IMG/VR virus record: IMGVR_UViG_3300027759_000051 | Source of the DNA: a virus | Reading direction: 5' to 3' (one strand) | Length of the DNA: 64,000 bases | In this document: positions 1 through 9,300 of the stretch, piece after piece | Layout: every line of letters begins with the position of its first letter | Position numbering within the stretch: position 1 is the first letter of the stretch | The notes under the pieces: generated by a model | The model's database searches: none | The model's input: the letters and a program-made list of their open reading frames with translations, nothing else | Told to the model about the DNA's origin: nothing | Position numbers and translations under genes: made by a program

Positions 1-1495
1 TGATTGGGTCAATTGCCTGCTTCATCTCAAATGCATCTTTTTTAGTTACTGGCAAGTAATAAATTTCATTGCTTGCAGACTTTACGGAGTATTCGCCTAT
101 GCGTGTCAACTTGACTGAAGGCACAAGCGCATCACGCTTGCTCTTGACTGCATGCCTTAGGTCGCCTTTTACAAATACTTCTAGGTACTTGTCTTCAACC
201 TCTTTGAGCCACTTGACTTCTTCTTCTTGCATTTCTTCTAAGACTTCTTGCTTCTTGATAGGGCTTACCTTCACTACGCCCTCTGGGATAACGGCGAAGC
301 GACACTTGCCACCATCTTCCACTTTCAATGCAATTATCTTGCAAACACCATTGCCTTCATACATGACGCAGTTTGAGCATTTGACGCCAATTTTTGCGAC
401 CATGTTCTCCGCTGCAGGCTTATATCCAGCCCAAACGCCGTTCGCATCTTCGTTGAACTTGCCGTGTCTTTTGGTTATCTTTATAAGGGCTTCAGCAAGA
501 TCTGCTTCTTCCTGAACCAACTTTGGCTTTCCTGCTGGCTTGCTTGATGAATCTTCACCAGCGTAGTCAATTTGAACAAGTGGCATCTGGTTAGGCATGC
601 CACCTGGCAAGACCTGTGGAACAATAACTGTCTGATTTGGATTCTGTGGAACCATTGGACGCGAAGGCATTCCCATTGGCATCATTGGTTGTGGTTGTTG
701 TGGCATCTGGCCTGGCATTTGCATTGGCTTATTTATGCGCTGTGGAGCAGAGAACATATAGGTACCGTTGTCATTATGAAAACGACACTTGTATGACTCT
801 TCTTCGTCTTCTTCGCCAGTGGTAAATGTGACAGAGCCATCCTCAATGGACGAGATCTTTACTTTTGATCCAGTTTGCAAAGAAAGTTCTTCCTGCAGCT
901 TCCTCTGAACTTCATCTTCTGGGATGTTTGGCATTCCCTGCATCATTGGCATCATCATTGGTTTTACGCCATCTGCGTTTTTTACAGAAATTGTGCCAGT
1001 CAGCTGATTAGCACCGTGCAAAACTGGAGAAACTTCATAGAGTTCAACTTCGTACAAGATGTTTGCTTGTGATCCTTGGTCAAACTGTGCACGGAGAGTT
1101 TTGTATCCGATAGACCACTCTTGCTCTTCACCAAAAAATGCAACATTGGCGAATGCTTCTTTGCCTTTTTCTGAGTTTAAGTTGAATTGGACTTTCGCAT
1201 AAAGTCCACCGATTCCGGCTGATCTCATTTTTGGTGGGAGGCGAGGATCGTTTGGCGGAACCTCATACATTTCAAGGACTTTACCTATTGGATCGTTCCA
1301 GTTATGACCCCATACAACACGTGGCTTACGGCGCAGAAGGCTCTTAGCAAATGCTCCAGTTGCGCATACGTCACCAACGGAATCCTTGTTACCTATACCA
1401 GCAACAAAACACTCAACTATTCCCTGTGCTTGGTCTAGATTTACCTGACCAGTGCTTGCTTTGTATTGAATATTTTGTGAGTATGTATAGGACAT
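1..1495 (-). CDS. HK97-type prohead protease with long C-terminal extension (Pro/Met/Gln-rich linker, 4-Cys HiPIP-like domain); 3' end beyond the window edge
   Basis: Not in ORF track. Manual translation from ATG at 1495 (SD AAAGGAG upstream) stays open to base 1: MSYTYSQNIQYKAST...GNKDSVGD...GAFAKSL...WGHNWNDPIGKV...EWSIGY...LYEVSPVLHGAN. These are typical caudoviral prohead peptidase motifs, and the gene lies directly after the portal. Confidence 0.92.
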   Translation of the reverse strand, partial: MSYTYSQNIQYKASTGQVNLDQAQGIVECFVAGIGNKDSVGDVCATGAFAKSLLRRKPRVVWGHNWNDPIGKVLEMYEVPPNDPRLPPKMRSAGIGGLYAKVQFNLNSEKGKEAFANVAFFGEEQEWSIGYKTLRAQFDQGSQANILYEVELYEVSPVLHGANQLTGTISVKNADGVKPMMMPMMQGMPNIPEDEVQRKLQEELSLQTGSKVKISSIEDGSVTFTTGEEDEEESYKCRFHNDNGTYMFSAPQRINKPMQMPGQMPQQPQPMMPMGMPSRPMVPQNPNQTVIVPQVLPGGMPNQMPLVQIDYAGEDSSSKPAGKPKLVQEEADLAEALIKITKRHGKFNEDANGVWAGYKPAAENMVAKIGVKCSNCVMYEGNGVCKIIALKVEDGGKCRFAVIPEGVVKVSPIKKQEVLEEMQEEEVKWLKEVEDKYLEVFVKGDLRHAVKSKRDALVPSVKLTRIGEYSVKSASNEIYYLPVTKKDAFEMKQAIDPI

Positions 1496-1590
1496 GCGAA
1501 TAACTCCTTTGGTTATGAAACGATAATAAACGAGGAAATGGTCGTTACAAAGGAAGTATTAGCAATTTATTGATGTTTTACAGAAATGGT

Positions 1591-3678
1591 TTACTGAAAC
1601 ATTCTTCCAAATGTCCACGCTCTGCGTGATTCGTCTTCGGCAACTTCAAATCTCTTCCGCGCCATGACGTTTGCATAGTGAGAAACTACTAATTCCCTAA
1701 ATGCTGATGATCTTTGCTCTTCTCCTGCAACATTTAAGGATGTGAACATTGATTCTGAGATTTTGTCTCTTGTTTCTTTATTTATTTCTTTTATTCTGAT
1801 CATCTGGGAACTTACTTGAGCCTGAATATCTTGACTAGAAGCCCACGCTTTAGCGCTCTTGGTGTCTTTGTTTGTGACTTCTTTGTGCGCATCTTGAATA
1901 ATTGCCGCAATGACTGGCTTTATGTCTTCATCCATCTGGCGATCCCATGTTTCTGACTGAAATATGGAGTCAATGTCTAGAGTTCCAGCAAAGAGTGATT
2001 TTTTAGCCTTTGCTCCTGAGATTTTTTCCAGAACAACACGCTGTTGTCTCTCTACAACTCTTTCAATGCTTCTGTTCAGAATCTCTTCCCACCTGTCAAG
2101 ATCCAACTGCTCTAGCGATTTCGTGCCAGGGACTAGTGGTATTGGGGAAAACTGTTCTTCTTCTTCTTCTTCTTCTGGCGGAGCTGTCGCTAAGGTTGTT
2201 TCTGGTGGTGACTGCTCTGGCGGAACTCCCAATGGTGGGGCAACTGCATCTTGAGGCATTGTTGTTTGAGCAAGTGCTCCAGCCATTGTGTTTGGATCAA
2301 TCGGCTGCTCTCCGCCTGGCATGCCAGGAGGCATTCCCATTACTGGAGGCATTCCCGGCATTCCGGGAGCACCTGGTGGCATTCCTGGGGCACCTGGAGG
2401 CATTCCTGGAACTCCGCCTTGCTCCGCAGCAGGTGGTTCCATCTTCTTCTTTGTATTTGCAATCGGAATGAGGTTTGGATTCATCAATAGCGAGTCCGAC
2501 AAATCGCTTTCTGTCTCTTTGCGCCCAGAACCATATCTGTATTCGTTGTTTGATATGAGTCCAGCTTGGAACTCATCCATCAAGTATCTTCTCTGCTCTT
2601 GCTTGTAAAGCATGATGATTGGGACGTTTGATGTGTCAAAGTCTAGGTAGTAGTCATCGTCAAGTTCATCAAGCCCCCGCTCAAGGATCTCAAGATGAGG
2701 AAGCATTGTTTCCATCCAGAAAACACGAATCTCTTCGGCTGCATTGCTGAAGGTTCTGCCAGCAGCGTTTCCTATTACGGATTCTGGTACACCGAATGAT
2801 GCAAGTATTTCTTCTTTTGTTATCTGCCTCATCTGCATGTATGCAGCATCTCGTGGGCTGGCAGATGTGTCAACGTAGTCAACGCCATCATCAGATGCGA
2901 TCACAGAGGTGTACCCAGTTCTAGACAGGTTTCCCCTGAAGCGACTCTTGAGTTCTTCCTTGTCATCGTCGTCAATTTCGCCACGGAGAACTAAAAGTCC
3001 ACCTGGTCTTCCGTCGTTGAGCAAGTAGTTTCTATTGTAGAGCTTTGCTAAGTTTTCTATTTCAATCGCTACTCCACATGCTTCTAGCGGAGTCAACGAA
3101 AGGTAAGGATCGAGCGGGTGAGGTCTGCGAATCCACAGAACATCCTCAGGTTTTAGAGTAACTTTTTGTCCATGAGGCATTTGAACCTCAAATCCAGAAA
3201 CGAACTTTTTTGCATCTGGAATTGGAGCCGTAGATTGAGGCGGAAGAAGGTTCAGGCCGACAATGCCGCCATCACGTCCCCGCACCTTCTCTATAAAGAC
3301 ACCACGGGTACCAAGCAACAATTGAGCAGAAACTCTATATCTAAAGATAAAAGAGTTTTCACCGATATTTGATTTATTGTTCAGAACTTCAAGAAGCCTT
3401 GAGTTTTTTGCGCCCTTACCAGAGAGTATTTCCCCGTCTGGCGAGTTATCTTTTCTCAGTTGTATTGGAAGTCTTGCTTGGTTTCCTGCAATAGCGTCAA
3501 TACACCTAGCAACCCAAGTGACCTTCTGCATGCCCTCTTTGTATGCTCGCTCAATATCCCATGAGTCCCTATATGGTCTTCCTGAATAGCCGGGGTTGTG
3601 AGATATTGGAGCACCAGGCCCAAGATCTTTTGATTCCGCCCCATTTATAGATTTATCACTACGGGAGTTCCATGCCAT
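1591..3678 (-). CDS. Phage portal protein (HK97-like) with low-complexity linker and C-terminal extension
   Basis: WVARCIDAIA, LLEVLNNKSN, GLNLLPP, LTPLEA, NDGRPGGLL, EEILASFGVPESVIG, TFSNA portal motifs. Confidence 0.95.
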   Translation of the reverse strand: MAWNSRSDKSINGAESKDLGPGAPISHNPGYSGRPYRDSWDIERAYKEGMQKVTWVARCIDAIAGNQARLPIQLRKDNSPDGEILSGKGAKNSRLLEVLNNKSNIGENSFIFRYRVSAQLLLGTRGVFIEKVRGRDGGIVGLNLLPPQSTAPIPDAKKFVSGFEVQMPHGQKVTLKPEDVLWIRRPHPLDPYLSLTPLEACGVAIEIENLAKLYNRNYLLNDGRPGGLLVLRGEIDDDDKEELKSRFRGNLSRTGYTSVIASDDGVDYVDTSASPRDAAYMQMRQITKEEILASFGVPESVIGNAAGRTFSNAAEEIRVFWMETMLPHLEILERGLDELDDDYYLDFDTSNVPIIMLYKQEQRRYLMDEFQAGLISNNEYRYGSGRKETESDLSDSLLMNPNLIPIANTKKKMEPPAAEQGGVPGMPPGAPGMPPGAPGMPGMPPVMGMPPGMPGGEQPIDPNTMAGALAQTTMPQDAVAPPLGVPPEQSPPETTLATAPPEEEEEEEQFSPIPLVPGTKSLEQLDLDRWEEILNRSIERVVERQQRVVLEKISGAKAKKSLFAGTLDIDSIFQSETWDRQMDEDIKPVIAAIIQDAHKEVTNKDTKSAKAWASSQDIQAQVSSQMIRIKEINKETRDKISESMFTSLNVAGEEQRSSAFRELVVSHYANVMARKRFEVAEDESRRAWTFGRMFQ
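2315..2416 (-). repeat. Imperfect tandem repeat encoding (GMPPGAP/GMP)n in the portal linker
   Basis: Recurrent GGCATTCC units on the + strand; protein GVPGMPPGAPGMPPGAPGMPGMPPVMGMPPGMP. Confidence 0.8.
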
Positions 3679-3683
3679 ACTTT

Positions 3684-3863
3684 TTACTCACGACCCAAGA
3701 TATAACCGAATAGGCCGCAGGAGATACCCGCGGTTATTAAACCAGCTGGCGCATAGATTAACCCAGCGCCAATTCCACTCAACAGTATAAATGAACTCAT
3801 TAGCAAATAAGCGAAGGTTGACCGATTAAACTTGATTAGCAGTGACTGCAGGATTTTTCGCAT
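3684..3863 (-). CDS. Small 59-aa membrane protein upstream of portal
   Basis: Not in ORF track. MRKILQSLLIKFNRSTFAYLLMSSFILLSGIGAGLIYAPAGLITAGISCGLFGYILGRE; two hydrophobic segments; stop lies 5 nt before the portal ATG. Confidence 0.8.
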   Translation of the reverse strand: MRKILQSLLIKFNRSTFAYLLMSSFILLSGIGAGLIYAPAGLITAGISCGLFGYILGRE

Positions 3864-3914
3864 ATGCTACACAGTAGCCTAATGCAGTGGCTTGTGGCGT
3901 AGGAGATAAAAATA

Positions 3915-5222
3915 ATGACAACCGATTGGAATAAGGTTCTTGAATATCTTCAGCCAAGAATGCCACCGTTTTGCCCAGAGGAACCATCAATAAACCAAAA
4001 AGTTTTTTTACGCACAAATTCAATTGAGGGATTATTTGGCGGAGCAGCAGGTGGTGGAAAGAGTTCAGCATTATTGATGTCTGCTCTGCAGTATGTTGAC
4101 GTTCCTAGCTATTCAGCGATCCTTTTTAGACGTACCTTTGCCGACCTCTCGCTTCCCGGCGCACTCATGGACAGATTTAAGAGCTGGATAAATCTTTACG
4201 ACGATGTCCACTGGAATAACAACAGTTTCGTGGCGACTTTCCCATCTGGGGCAAGAGTATCCTTTGGGTACCTAAATAACGCTGGGGACTATCTTCGTTA
4301 CAAAGGTTCAGAGTTTCAGTTCATAGGAATGGACGAGGTTACGGAAATACGAGAATCGGACTATAGGTACATGTTCTCCCGTCTACGTCGTCCATCATCT
4401 GGTCCGCTTGCCAAGGTTCCACTCAGAATGAGGGCAGCATCCAACCCTGCCCCAAACTGGGTTAGGCAAAGGTTTATTGTTGAAGGGTTGGCAGAGGGAA
4501 GGATATTTGTCCCCTCAAAGTTGACCGACAACCCCGGAATTGACGCAGCATCATACCGTCAAGCACTTTCCGCCCTTGACCCGATAGAGCGAAGAAGGCT
4601 CGAAGAGGGAGACTGGTGGTCAACTACTCTCGGATCGTTGTTTGATAGGACTGCTTTCGTTATTATTGATAACAATGAGATTCCTCAAATAACAAGTTCC
4701 GCAAAAGCAGTTAGATTTTGGGACTTAGCGGCAACTGAGCCGTCCCATTCAAACCAAAACCCAGACTACACGGTTGGGACTTTAATGCTATTTGACCAAG
4801 GCATTGCTTATGTTCTTGACGTAAAGAGATTCAGGCTAAAAGGCGATAAGGTTGAGCACATGATTGCTCAAACCGCTTATGAAGACGGGCATGGAGTTCC
4901 AATAAGAATTGAACAAGAACCAGGGTCGAGCGGAAAAGCGTTGATGGATCAATATGCTCGCTATGTTGTCCCTGGATACGACTTTGGTTCAACTAGGCCT
5001 ACTGGAGACAAGACAACAAGGGCTAGACCTTTCGCTGCAGCAACCGCCAATGGAAACGTAAGAGTTGTTCGTGGGCCGTGGCTCACTGACTGGCTAGATG
5101 AGTTCTCAAGCTTTCCAGAAGCATGTGATCACGACGACCAAGTTGACTCCGCCGTTGGTGCATTTACTCATCTTGCAGGGTTGGGGTTGCCACAAAGAAG
5201 ATCAATCGCTATAGTGGTCTAA
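3915..5222 (+). CDS. terL: Terminase large subunit
   Basis: Walker A GGAAGGGKS, Walker B FIGMDE, ASNP coupling motif, nuclease FWDLAA and HDDQVDS; SD AGGAG. Confidence 0.96.
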   Translation: MTTDWNKVLEYLQPRMPPFCPEEPSINQKVFLRTNSIEGLFGGAAGGGKSSALLMSALQYVDVPSYSAILFRRTFADLSLPGALMDRFKSWINLYDDVHWNNNSFVATFPSGARVSFGYLNNAGDYLRYKGSEFQFIGMDEVTEIRESDYRYMFSRLRRPSSGPLAKVPLRMRAASNPAPNWVRQRFIVEGLAEGRIFVPSKLTDNPGIDAASYRQALSALDPIERRRLEEGDWWSTTLGSLFDRTAFVIIDNNEIPQITSSAKAVRFWDLAATEPSHSNQNPDYTVGTLMLFDQGIAYVLDVKRFRLKGDKVEHMIAQTAYEDGHGVPIRIEQEPGSSGKALMDQYARYVVPGYDFGSTRPTGDKTTRARPFAAATANGNVRVVRGPWLTDWLDEFSSFPEACDHDDQVDSAVGAFTHLAGLGLPQRRSIAIVV

Positions 5223-5251
5223 GTATAAGTAATTAGCAAAAAGGAAATATT

Positions 5252-5794
5252 ATGGACACGGAAGATTTTATTAGTAACTCTATTATTGAAAATCCAGTAG
5301 AAGCAGTAAATGCTCTACGGAAAGCAATAGTTAAAATTGACTCAACATTTACCGCTTTTACAGAAACAAACCCTAGCGTTTCTGAAACTGCAGGAATTTT
5401 GCTTGAGTTGAACCTTGCCAAGAGAGATCTCGCAATGGTTTACGACTCACTGAGTGCGTCTTTCTCGCGACTCATGGAAATTGAAAACAGCACAGAGGTT
5501 GAACTTGATGGCGGTGCGACTATTGAGAAAAAGAGTTCTTATGATCGCAAGGGATGGCAACATAAAGAACTTGCCTCTGCTGTCGTTGATCGCATTATTC
5601 AGTATTCGGTTGATATGGACACTGGAGAAAACTTAAAGAGCTCGAGAGAAGTGGCACTCGAACTTCTCAACTATTGCGCACCTTCGTATTGGAGAGTAAA
5701 AGAACTTTCCTCAATAGGGATCAATGCTGATACTTATTGCGAAACAGGAGATCTCAAAACATCAATTATAGTTAGGAAAGGTAATAACCAATGA
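5252..5794 (+). CDS. Hypothetical protein in recombination block
   Basis: 180-aa ORF with SD AAGGA; overlaps the next gene (ATGA). Confidence 0.7.
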   Translation: MDTEDFISNSIIENPVEAVNALRKAIVKIDSTFTAFTETNPSVSETAGILLELNLAKRDLAMVYDSLSASFSRLMEIENSTEVELDGGATIEKKSSYDRKGWQHKELASAVVDRIIQYSVDMDTGENLKSSREVALELLNYCAPSYWRVKELSSIGINADTYCETGDLKTSIIVRKGNNQ

Positions 5795-6474
5795 GTAATG
5801 AAATTATGAAGCAATTAGCGGAACCGTTTGCTCCAGAGATGGAAAAAACAATGTCAAAGGGTGGGACACGACTCACCTATATCCCCGTAAGTGAAGTTAT
5901 CAACAGGCTGAATAAGGTTCTTGGTATTGATAAGTGGTCTTTTGAGGTCATCTCGTGCAGTAGGGACGCTATGGATCCAGAGTACATCGTTGCTCACATC
6001 CGCCTTTCGTGGATGACTAGCGACAAGTACACAGAAAATTACGGCCCAGTAATCACAAGGGACGGTATTGGTGGTCAAAAGATCAAGCGCACAAAAGCTG
6101 GAGACATTGTTGACCTTGGCGATGAGATGAAGGGTGCTATGTCTGATGCACTCAAGAAGGCAGCACAGACTCTGGGCGTTGGTCTTTACCTTGCTCGTTC
6201 TGACGATGCTATGGATGCAGAAGATATTGCAGAATCACCCGCTCCCGTTGTTGTTCAAGACAAAGAACTTGCTGAGAAGTGGGATCGGTTTACTTCCATT
6301 GTTAAGGATTTCAGCAGTGAGCAAAAGGCTGAACTAAATAACTACTGGATTGCAAATGGTGAGGGAAATCCAAAGCCAACAAAATCAACAGCAACACACC
6401 AAAGCCTAGATTTGCTTGTCGCAGAGTCGGTTCGCATCTCTTTTGGCGGTGAGTATGCAAATAGAGCAGATTAA
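5791..6474 (+). CDS. Rad52/22-family single-strand annealing protein (Sak-like)
   Basis: LAEPF...LTYIPVSEVINRLNKVLGIDKWSF...KGAMSDALKKAAQTLGVGLYL. Confidence 0.9.
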   Translation: MSNEIMKQLAEPFAPEMEKTMSKGGTRLTYIPVSEVINRLNKVLGIDKWSFEVISCSRDAMDPEYIVAHIRLSWMTSDKYTENYGPVITRDGIGGQKIKRTKAGDIVDLGDEMKGAMSDALKKAAQTLGVGLYLARSDDAMDAEDIAESPAPVVVQDKELAEKWDRFTSIVKDFSSEQKAELNNYWIANGEGNPKPTKSTATHQSLDLLVAESVRISFGGEYANRAD

Positions 6475-7237
6475 TCTAACTCCCCCACCTCATCTTTCGG
6501 TTTCTTCAATACAGACATATCAACAGTGTCCATTAAAGTTTAAGTTCAGTAAAATAGACTTGATCAAAGACGCACCAAATGAATCGTCAATGCTTGGAAA
6601 CTTCGTTCATGATGTTCTCGAAATGCTTTATAAGCAAGAAAAAAATTCACGAACATTAAATTTGGCGAAGTTTTACGCAAGGCAACTATGGGATGAGGTT
6701 TGGTTTCCAAACGTGCAAACCCTGATGCTCAGCGAAGAGAAAATTCGCCTATTCAGGTGGAATGCTTGGTGGTGCATTGAGAATCTTTGGAGACTAGAGA
6801 ATCCAGAATTAATAGTTCCGCTAGGTATTGAACATGAAGTAAATGTTGATATTGGCGGAGTAAAAATAAAGGGATTCATAGATAGATATTCACAAAGTGA
6901 AGACTCTTTGATGCTTACTGTAAGTGATTACAAGACTGGCAAGACTCCTAGAAAAGAATTCCAAGATGATAAATTTTTTCAACTTAACGTATACGCAAAA
7001 GCGCTGTCCGTTTCAGGGGTTGGATACGCAGATCACTTAGAACTTCTATACCTAAAAGATGGTGTCAGACTGAAGCGAGACATAAGCGAAAAGGGAATAG
7101 AAGAAGCTGTAGAAACAATACAGCAAGTTAAAAGTGATATAGATAACAGTTGTTCAACTGGAAATTTCCCAGCAGTAAAGTCAGTCCTTTGTGGCTGGTG
7201 TAGTTATAAACCTATTTGTCCGAAATGGAAAAAGTAA
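6455..7237 (+). CDS. PD-(D/E)XK RecB/Cas4-like exonuclease
   Basis: HLSVSSIQTYQQCP, GNFVHDVLE, GFIDR, DYKTGK, QLNVYA, CGWCSYKPIC (1+3 Cys, Fe-S type). Start moved to ATG 6455. Confidence 0.9.
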   Translation: MQIEQINLTPPPHLSVSSIQTYQQCPLKFKFSKIDLIKDAPNESSMLGNFVHDVLEMLYKQEKNSRTLNLAKFYARQLWDEVWFPNVQTLMLSEEKIRLFRWNAWWCIENLWRLENPELIVPLGIEHEVNVDIGGVKIKGFIDRYSQSEDSLMLTVSDYKTGKTPRKEFQDDKFFQLNVYAKALSVSGVGYADHLELLYLKDGVRLKRDISEKGIEEAVETIQQVKSDIDNSCSTGNFPAVKSVLCGWCSYKPICPKWKK

Positions 7238-7743
7238 TGATAAATGATGATGCATTCGCAGAAATGGTTGCAGAAGAAGTTAAGAATAAACTCCACTCTT
7301 CTGAGAAGAAAATTCTTCTTCAAGAAGAGAACTGGGATAGATGGAAGCAGTGCTTGCTTGCGCTGGTTGACAATCTAGAAGAGCAGATTTACAACATTGA
7401 GAACGACGCTGCTCATGACAAAATTAGATATGAGGCAATGGGTGCTGATGGGCGAAGATTAGCCAAGGAAGCAGCACAAGCTTACAATGGTCGTAAATCA
7501 AAGATCGGCAGATTTCTATTCCACGTAAATAAAAGACTTGACCAAGTAACAGGAATGATGGAAACCGGGAAAGTTATTGAGTCTGACGGATGGATAGAAG
7601 CAGAGTTGCTGAAGAAGGCAATTATTCGTCACCGCTCAATGCTGCGTGATTACGATCTTGAAGAGACAGCAATTGACAGGGCTCTATGGAGTACACTTGA
7701 CGGTAGTTGGAAATTTGACGAGATAGATCCGTCATCACTATAG
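7237..7743 (+). CDS. Hypothetical helical protein
   Basis: ORF translationally coupled (TAATG) to the nuclease; no motif recognised. Confidence 0.65.
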   Translation: MINDDAFAEMVAEEVKNKLHSSEKKILLQEENWDRWKQCLLALVDNLEEQIYNIENDAAHDKIRYEAMGADGRRLAKEAAQAYNGRKSKIGRFLFHVNKRLDQVTGMMETGKVIESDGWIEAELLKKAIIRHRSMLRDYDLEETAIDRALWSTLDGSWKFDEIDPSSL

Positions 7744-7751
7744 ATCCCAAC

Positions 7752-8108
7752 ATGGAGGCATCCATGCTGAACAGGAAAAAACCCCTCAAGCAAAAAAGTC
7801 AAATTAAAAAAAGATCTAAAAAAACAGAAGAACTGTACAAACAGCGTCGTCCCTTTGTTGAAAAGATACTGAGAGAGCGACCACTTTGTGAAGCATGCAA
7901 AGTTTTTGCGATACATGATGAAAAAGTAACATTTAATCAACATATGAGCAGAGATGTTCATGAGATCATCCGCAGATCACAGGGCGGATCAATCCTTGAT
8001 GAAAATAATGTTCTTGCTGTTTGCAGGCCGTGCCATGTGCGAATTGGTAATTATCCACAATTAGCATTTGATCTTGGACTAGCCAAGCACGGATGGGAAA
8101 ATAATTAA
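7752..8108 (+). CDS. Small HNH endonuclease-like protein
   Basis: Basic N-terminus, CEAC...DVHEIIRRSQGG...NVLAVCRPCH. Confidence 0.85.
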   Translation: MEASMLNRKKPLKQKSQIKKRSKKTEELYKQRRPFVEKILRERPLCEACKVFAIHDEKVTFNQHMSRDVHEIIRRSQGGSILDENNVLAVCRPCHVRIGNYPQLAFDLGLAKHGWENN

Positions 8109-8140
8109 TACAACTATTACTCCTTTCTGTAAAATGAATA

Positions 8141-8330
8141 AGTCTAAACTTTTTTACTAGGTACCTAAAGCAACGCTAACTTTCGAGAACAGAAAGGCAA
8201 GGTGGTCCAATGTCTAGTGGATTTCTCCACGGCAAGGAAGCTCGGGTCTCATAGGCATATTGAACCTATAACCAAAAGCCACAACCGCTGGTTTGCTCTG
8301 CAGGCACCGGCGGTTGTTTGCTGTTTTGGG
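8141..8330 (+). ncRNA. Candidate structured RNA or micro-ORF transcript ending in a long hairpin
   Basis: -10-like TAAAAT at 8130-8135; hairpins GTGGA-tttc-TCCAC and ATAGG-n9-CCTAT; 12-bp stem 8281-8292/8306-8317 with outer CCAAAA/TTTTGG. Confidence 0.45.
8210..8254 (+). CDS. Candidate 14-aa micropeptide MSSGFLHGKEARVS
   Basis: SD-like AAGGTGGT just before the ATG; followed by a terminator-like hairpin. Confidence 0.35.
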   Translation: MSSGFLHGKEARVS

Positions 8331-8354
8331 ACGAAAATTGATATAAAATGTTTA

Positions 8355-8431
8355 TCTGGGCGCGCCCAAACCCTTAGGACCGTTACAGATGCAGAAGCCG
8401 GGAGATTAAATTCTTCCGGCTTCTGCATGTA
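8355..8431 (+). ncRNA. Candidate ~75-nt small RNA with a perfect 13-bp terminal stem
   Basis: -10-like TAAAAT at 8344-8349; GGGCGCGCCC palindrome; CCCTTAGGACCGTTA; stem ATGCAGAAGCCGG (8389-8401) / CCGGCTTCTGCAT (8416-8428). Confidence 0.45.
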
Positions 8432-8444
8432 GTAGGTTTGTTTC

Positions 8445-8975
8445 ATGAACCTCATGGGGCTAGACCTCTCATTAACGTCTACTGGTTATTGCATCAATGA
8501 GGAACCTTCTGTCATAAAAACAAAATTTAAAGGGGCGGAAAGACTTTCAGTTATCTCTAACTTGATACTTGAAGCCGCCATTGGAAAAAATGTTAATTTA
8601 GTGCTAATTGAAGGTTATGCATTTGGGGCTAGGAATAGTCAGTCGCACAGCATTGGCGAACTTGGAGGGGCGGTGAGGATGAAACTCTGGGAATCCAAGA
8701 TCCCATTTGTTGATATCCCACCAACGTGCAGAGCAAAGTTTGCAACAGGAAAAGGTAATGCAAGCAAGAACGAAGTCATCTCTTCAATATCTGCAAAAAC
8801 TGGAATTGTTTGGGCTGGATCTGGAGCAGATGATATGTGTGATGCTTGGATTCTTGAGCAAATGGCTATAGCGAAACTTGGTATTTCAAGATATGATTGG
8901 ACGCAATTACAACTATCTGCCCTAGACAGTATTGAATGGGGACTACTGAAGGAGATTGATATTGAACAGATCTAA
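8445..8975 (+). CDS. ruvC: RuvC-like Holliday junction resolvase
   Basis: GLDLSLTSTG, VLIEGY, GELGG, KFATGKGNASK, DDMCDA. Confidence 0.92.
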   Translation: MNLMGLDLSLTSTGYCINEEPSVIKTKFKGAERLSVISNLILEAAIGKNVNLVLIEGYAFGARNSQSHSIGELGGAVRMKLWESKIPFVDIPPTCRAKFATGKGNASKNEVISSISAKTGIVWAGSGADDMCDAWILEQMAIAKLGISRYDWTQLQLSALDSIEWGLLKEIDIEQI

Positions 8976-9300
8976 TCCTATTAGCCAAGTTGACGTAGAG
9001 TCGGAAATTCTCCGTCTTTTGGATGATCTAGAGAGGGAAACTGAGGCATTTGAAACCCTCGCAGTTGATTCCTCAAAAAAAGAAGCTCTTTACAAATCAA
9101 ACTGGGCTAAAGAATATCTTTCGGCAAAAGGATCAATCAAGGAAAGAGAGGCATGGGCAGACTACAAGATGGACACCATTGCCTATGACCTAAAAATAGC
9201 TGAAGCGCTAACCAAGTCAAAGCGCGAGAAGCTGCTAAGTCTCAGAACGGCGATTGACGCCATGAGAACACTAAACGCTAACGTAAGGGCTCAGGTATGA
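8956..9300 (+). CDS. Coiled-coil hypothetical protein (possible recombination mediator)
   Basis: Charged, helical-looking 114-aa ORF overlapping ruvC. Confidence 0.6.
   Translation: MILNRSNPISQVDVESEILRLLDDLERETEAFETLAVDSSKKEALYKSNWAKEYLSAKGSIKEREAWADYKMDTIAYDLKIAEALTKSKREKLLSLRTAIDAMRTLNANVRAQV

Noticed and set aside
69-1072. Plus-strand ORFs in the track, including His/Trp-rich 572..796
   Set aside because: Antisense shadows of the minus-strand prohead protease gene.
6455-7237. CRISPR-associated Cas4
   Set aside because: No array or other cas genes; its position next to Sak indicates a recombination exonuclease.
7752-8975. RNA-guided nuclease system (IscB/TnpB/TIGR-Tas-like) from HNH + RNA + RuvC
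   Set aside because: The RuvC is a stand-alone 176-aa resolvase type and the HNH is only 118 aa. No bridge helix, Nop domain, repeat array or transposon ends were seen. Only the RNA island is kept as a finding.
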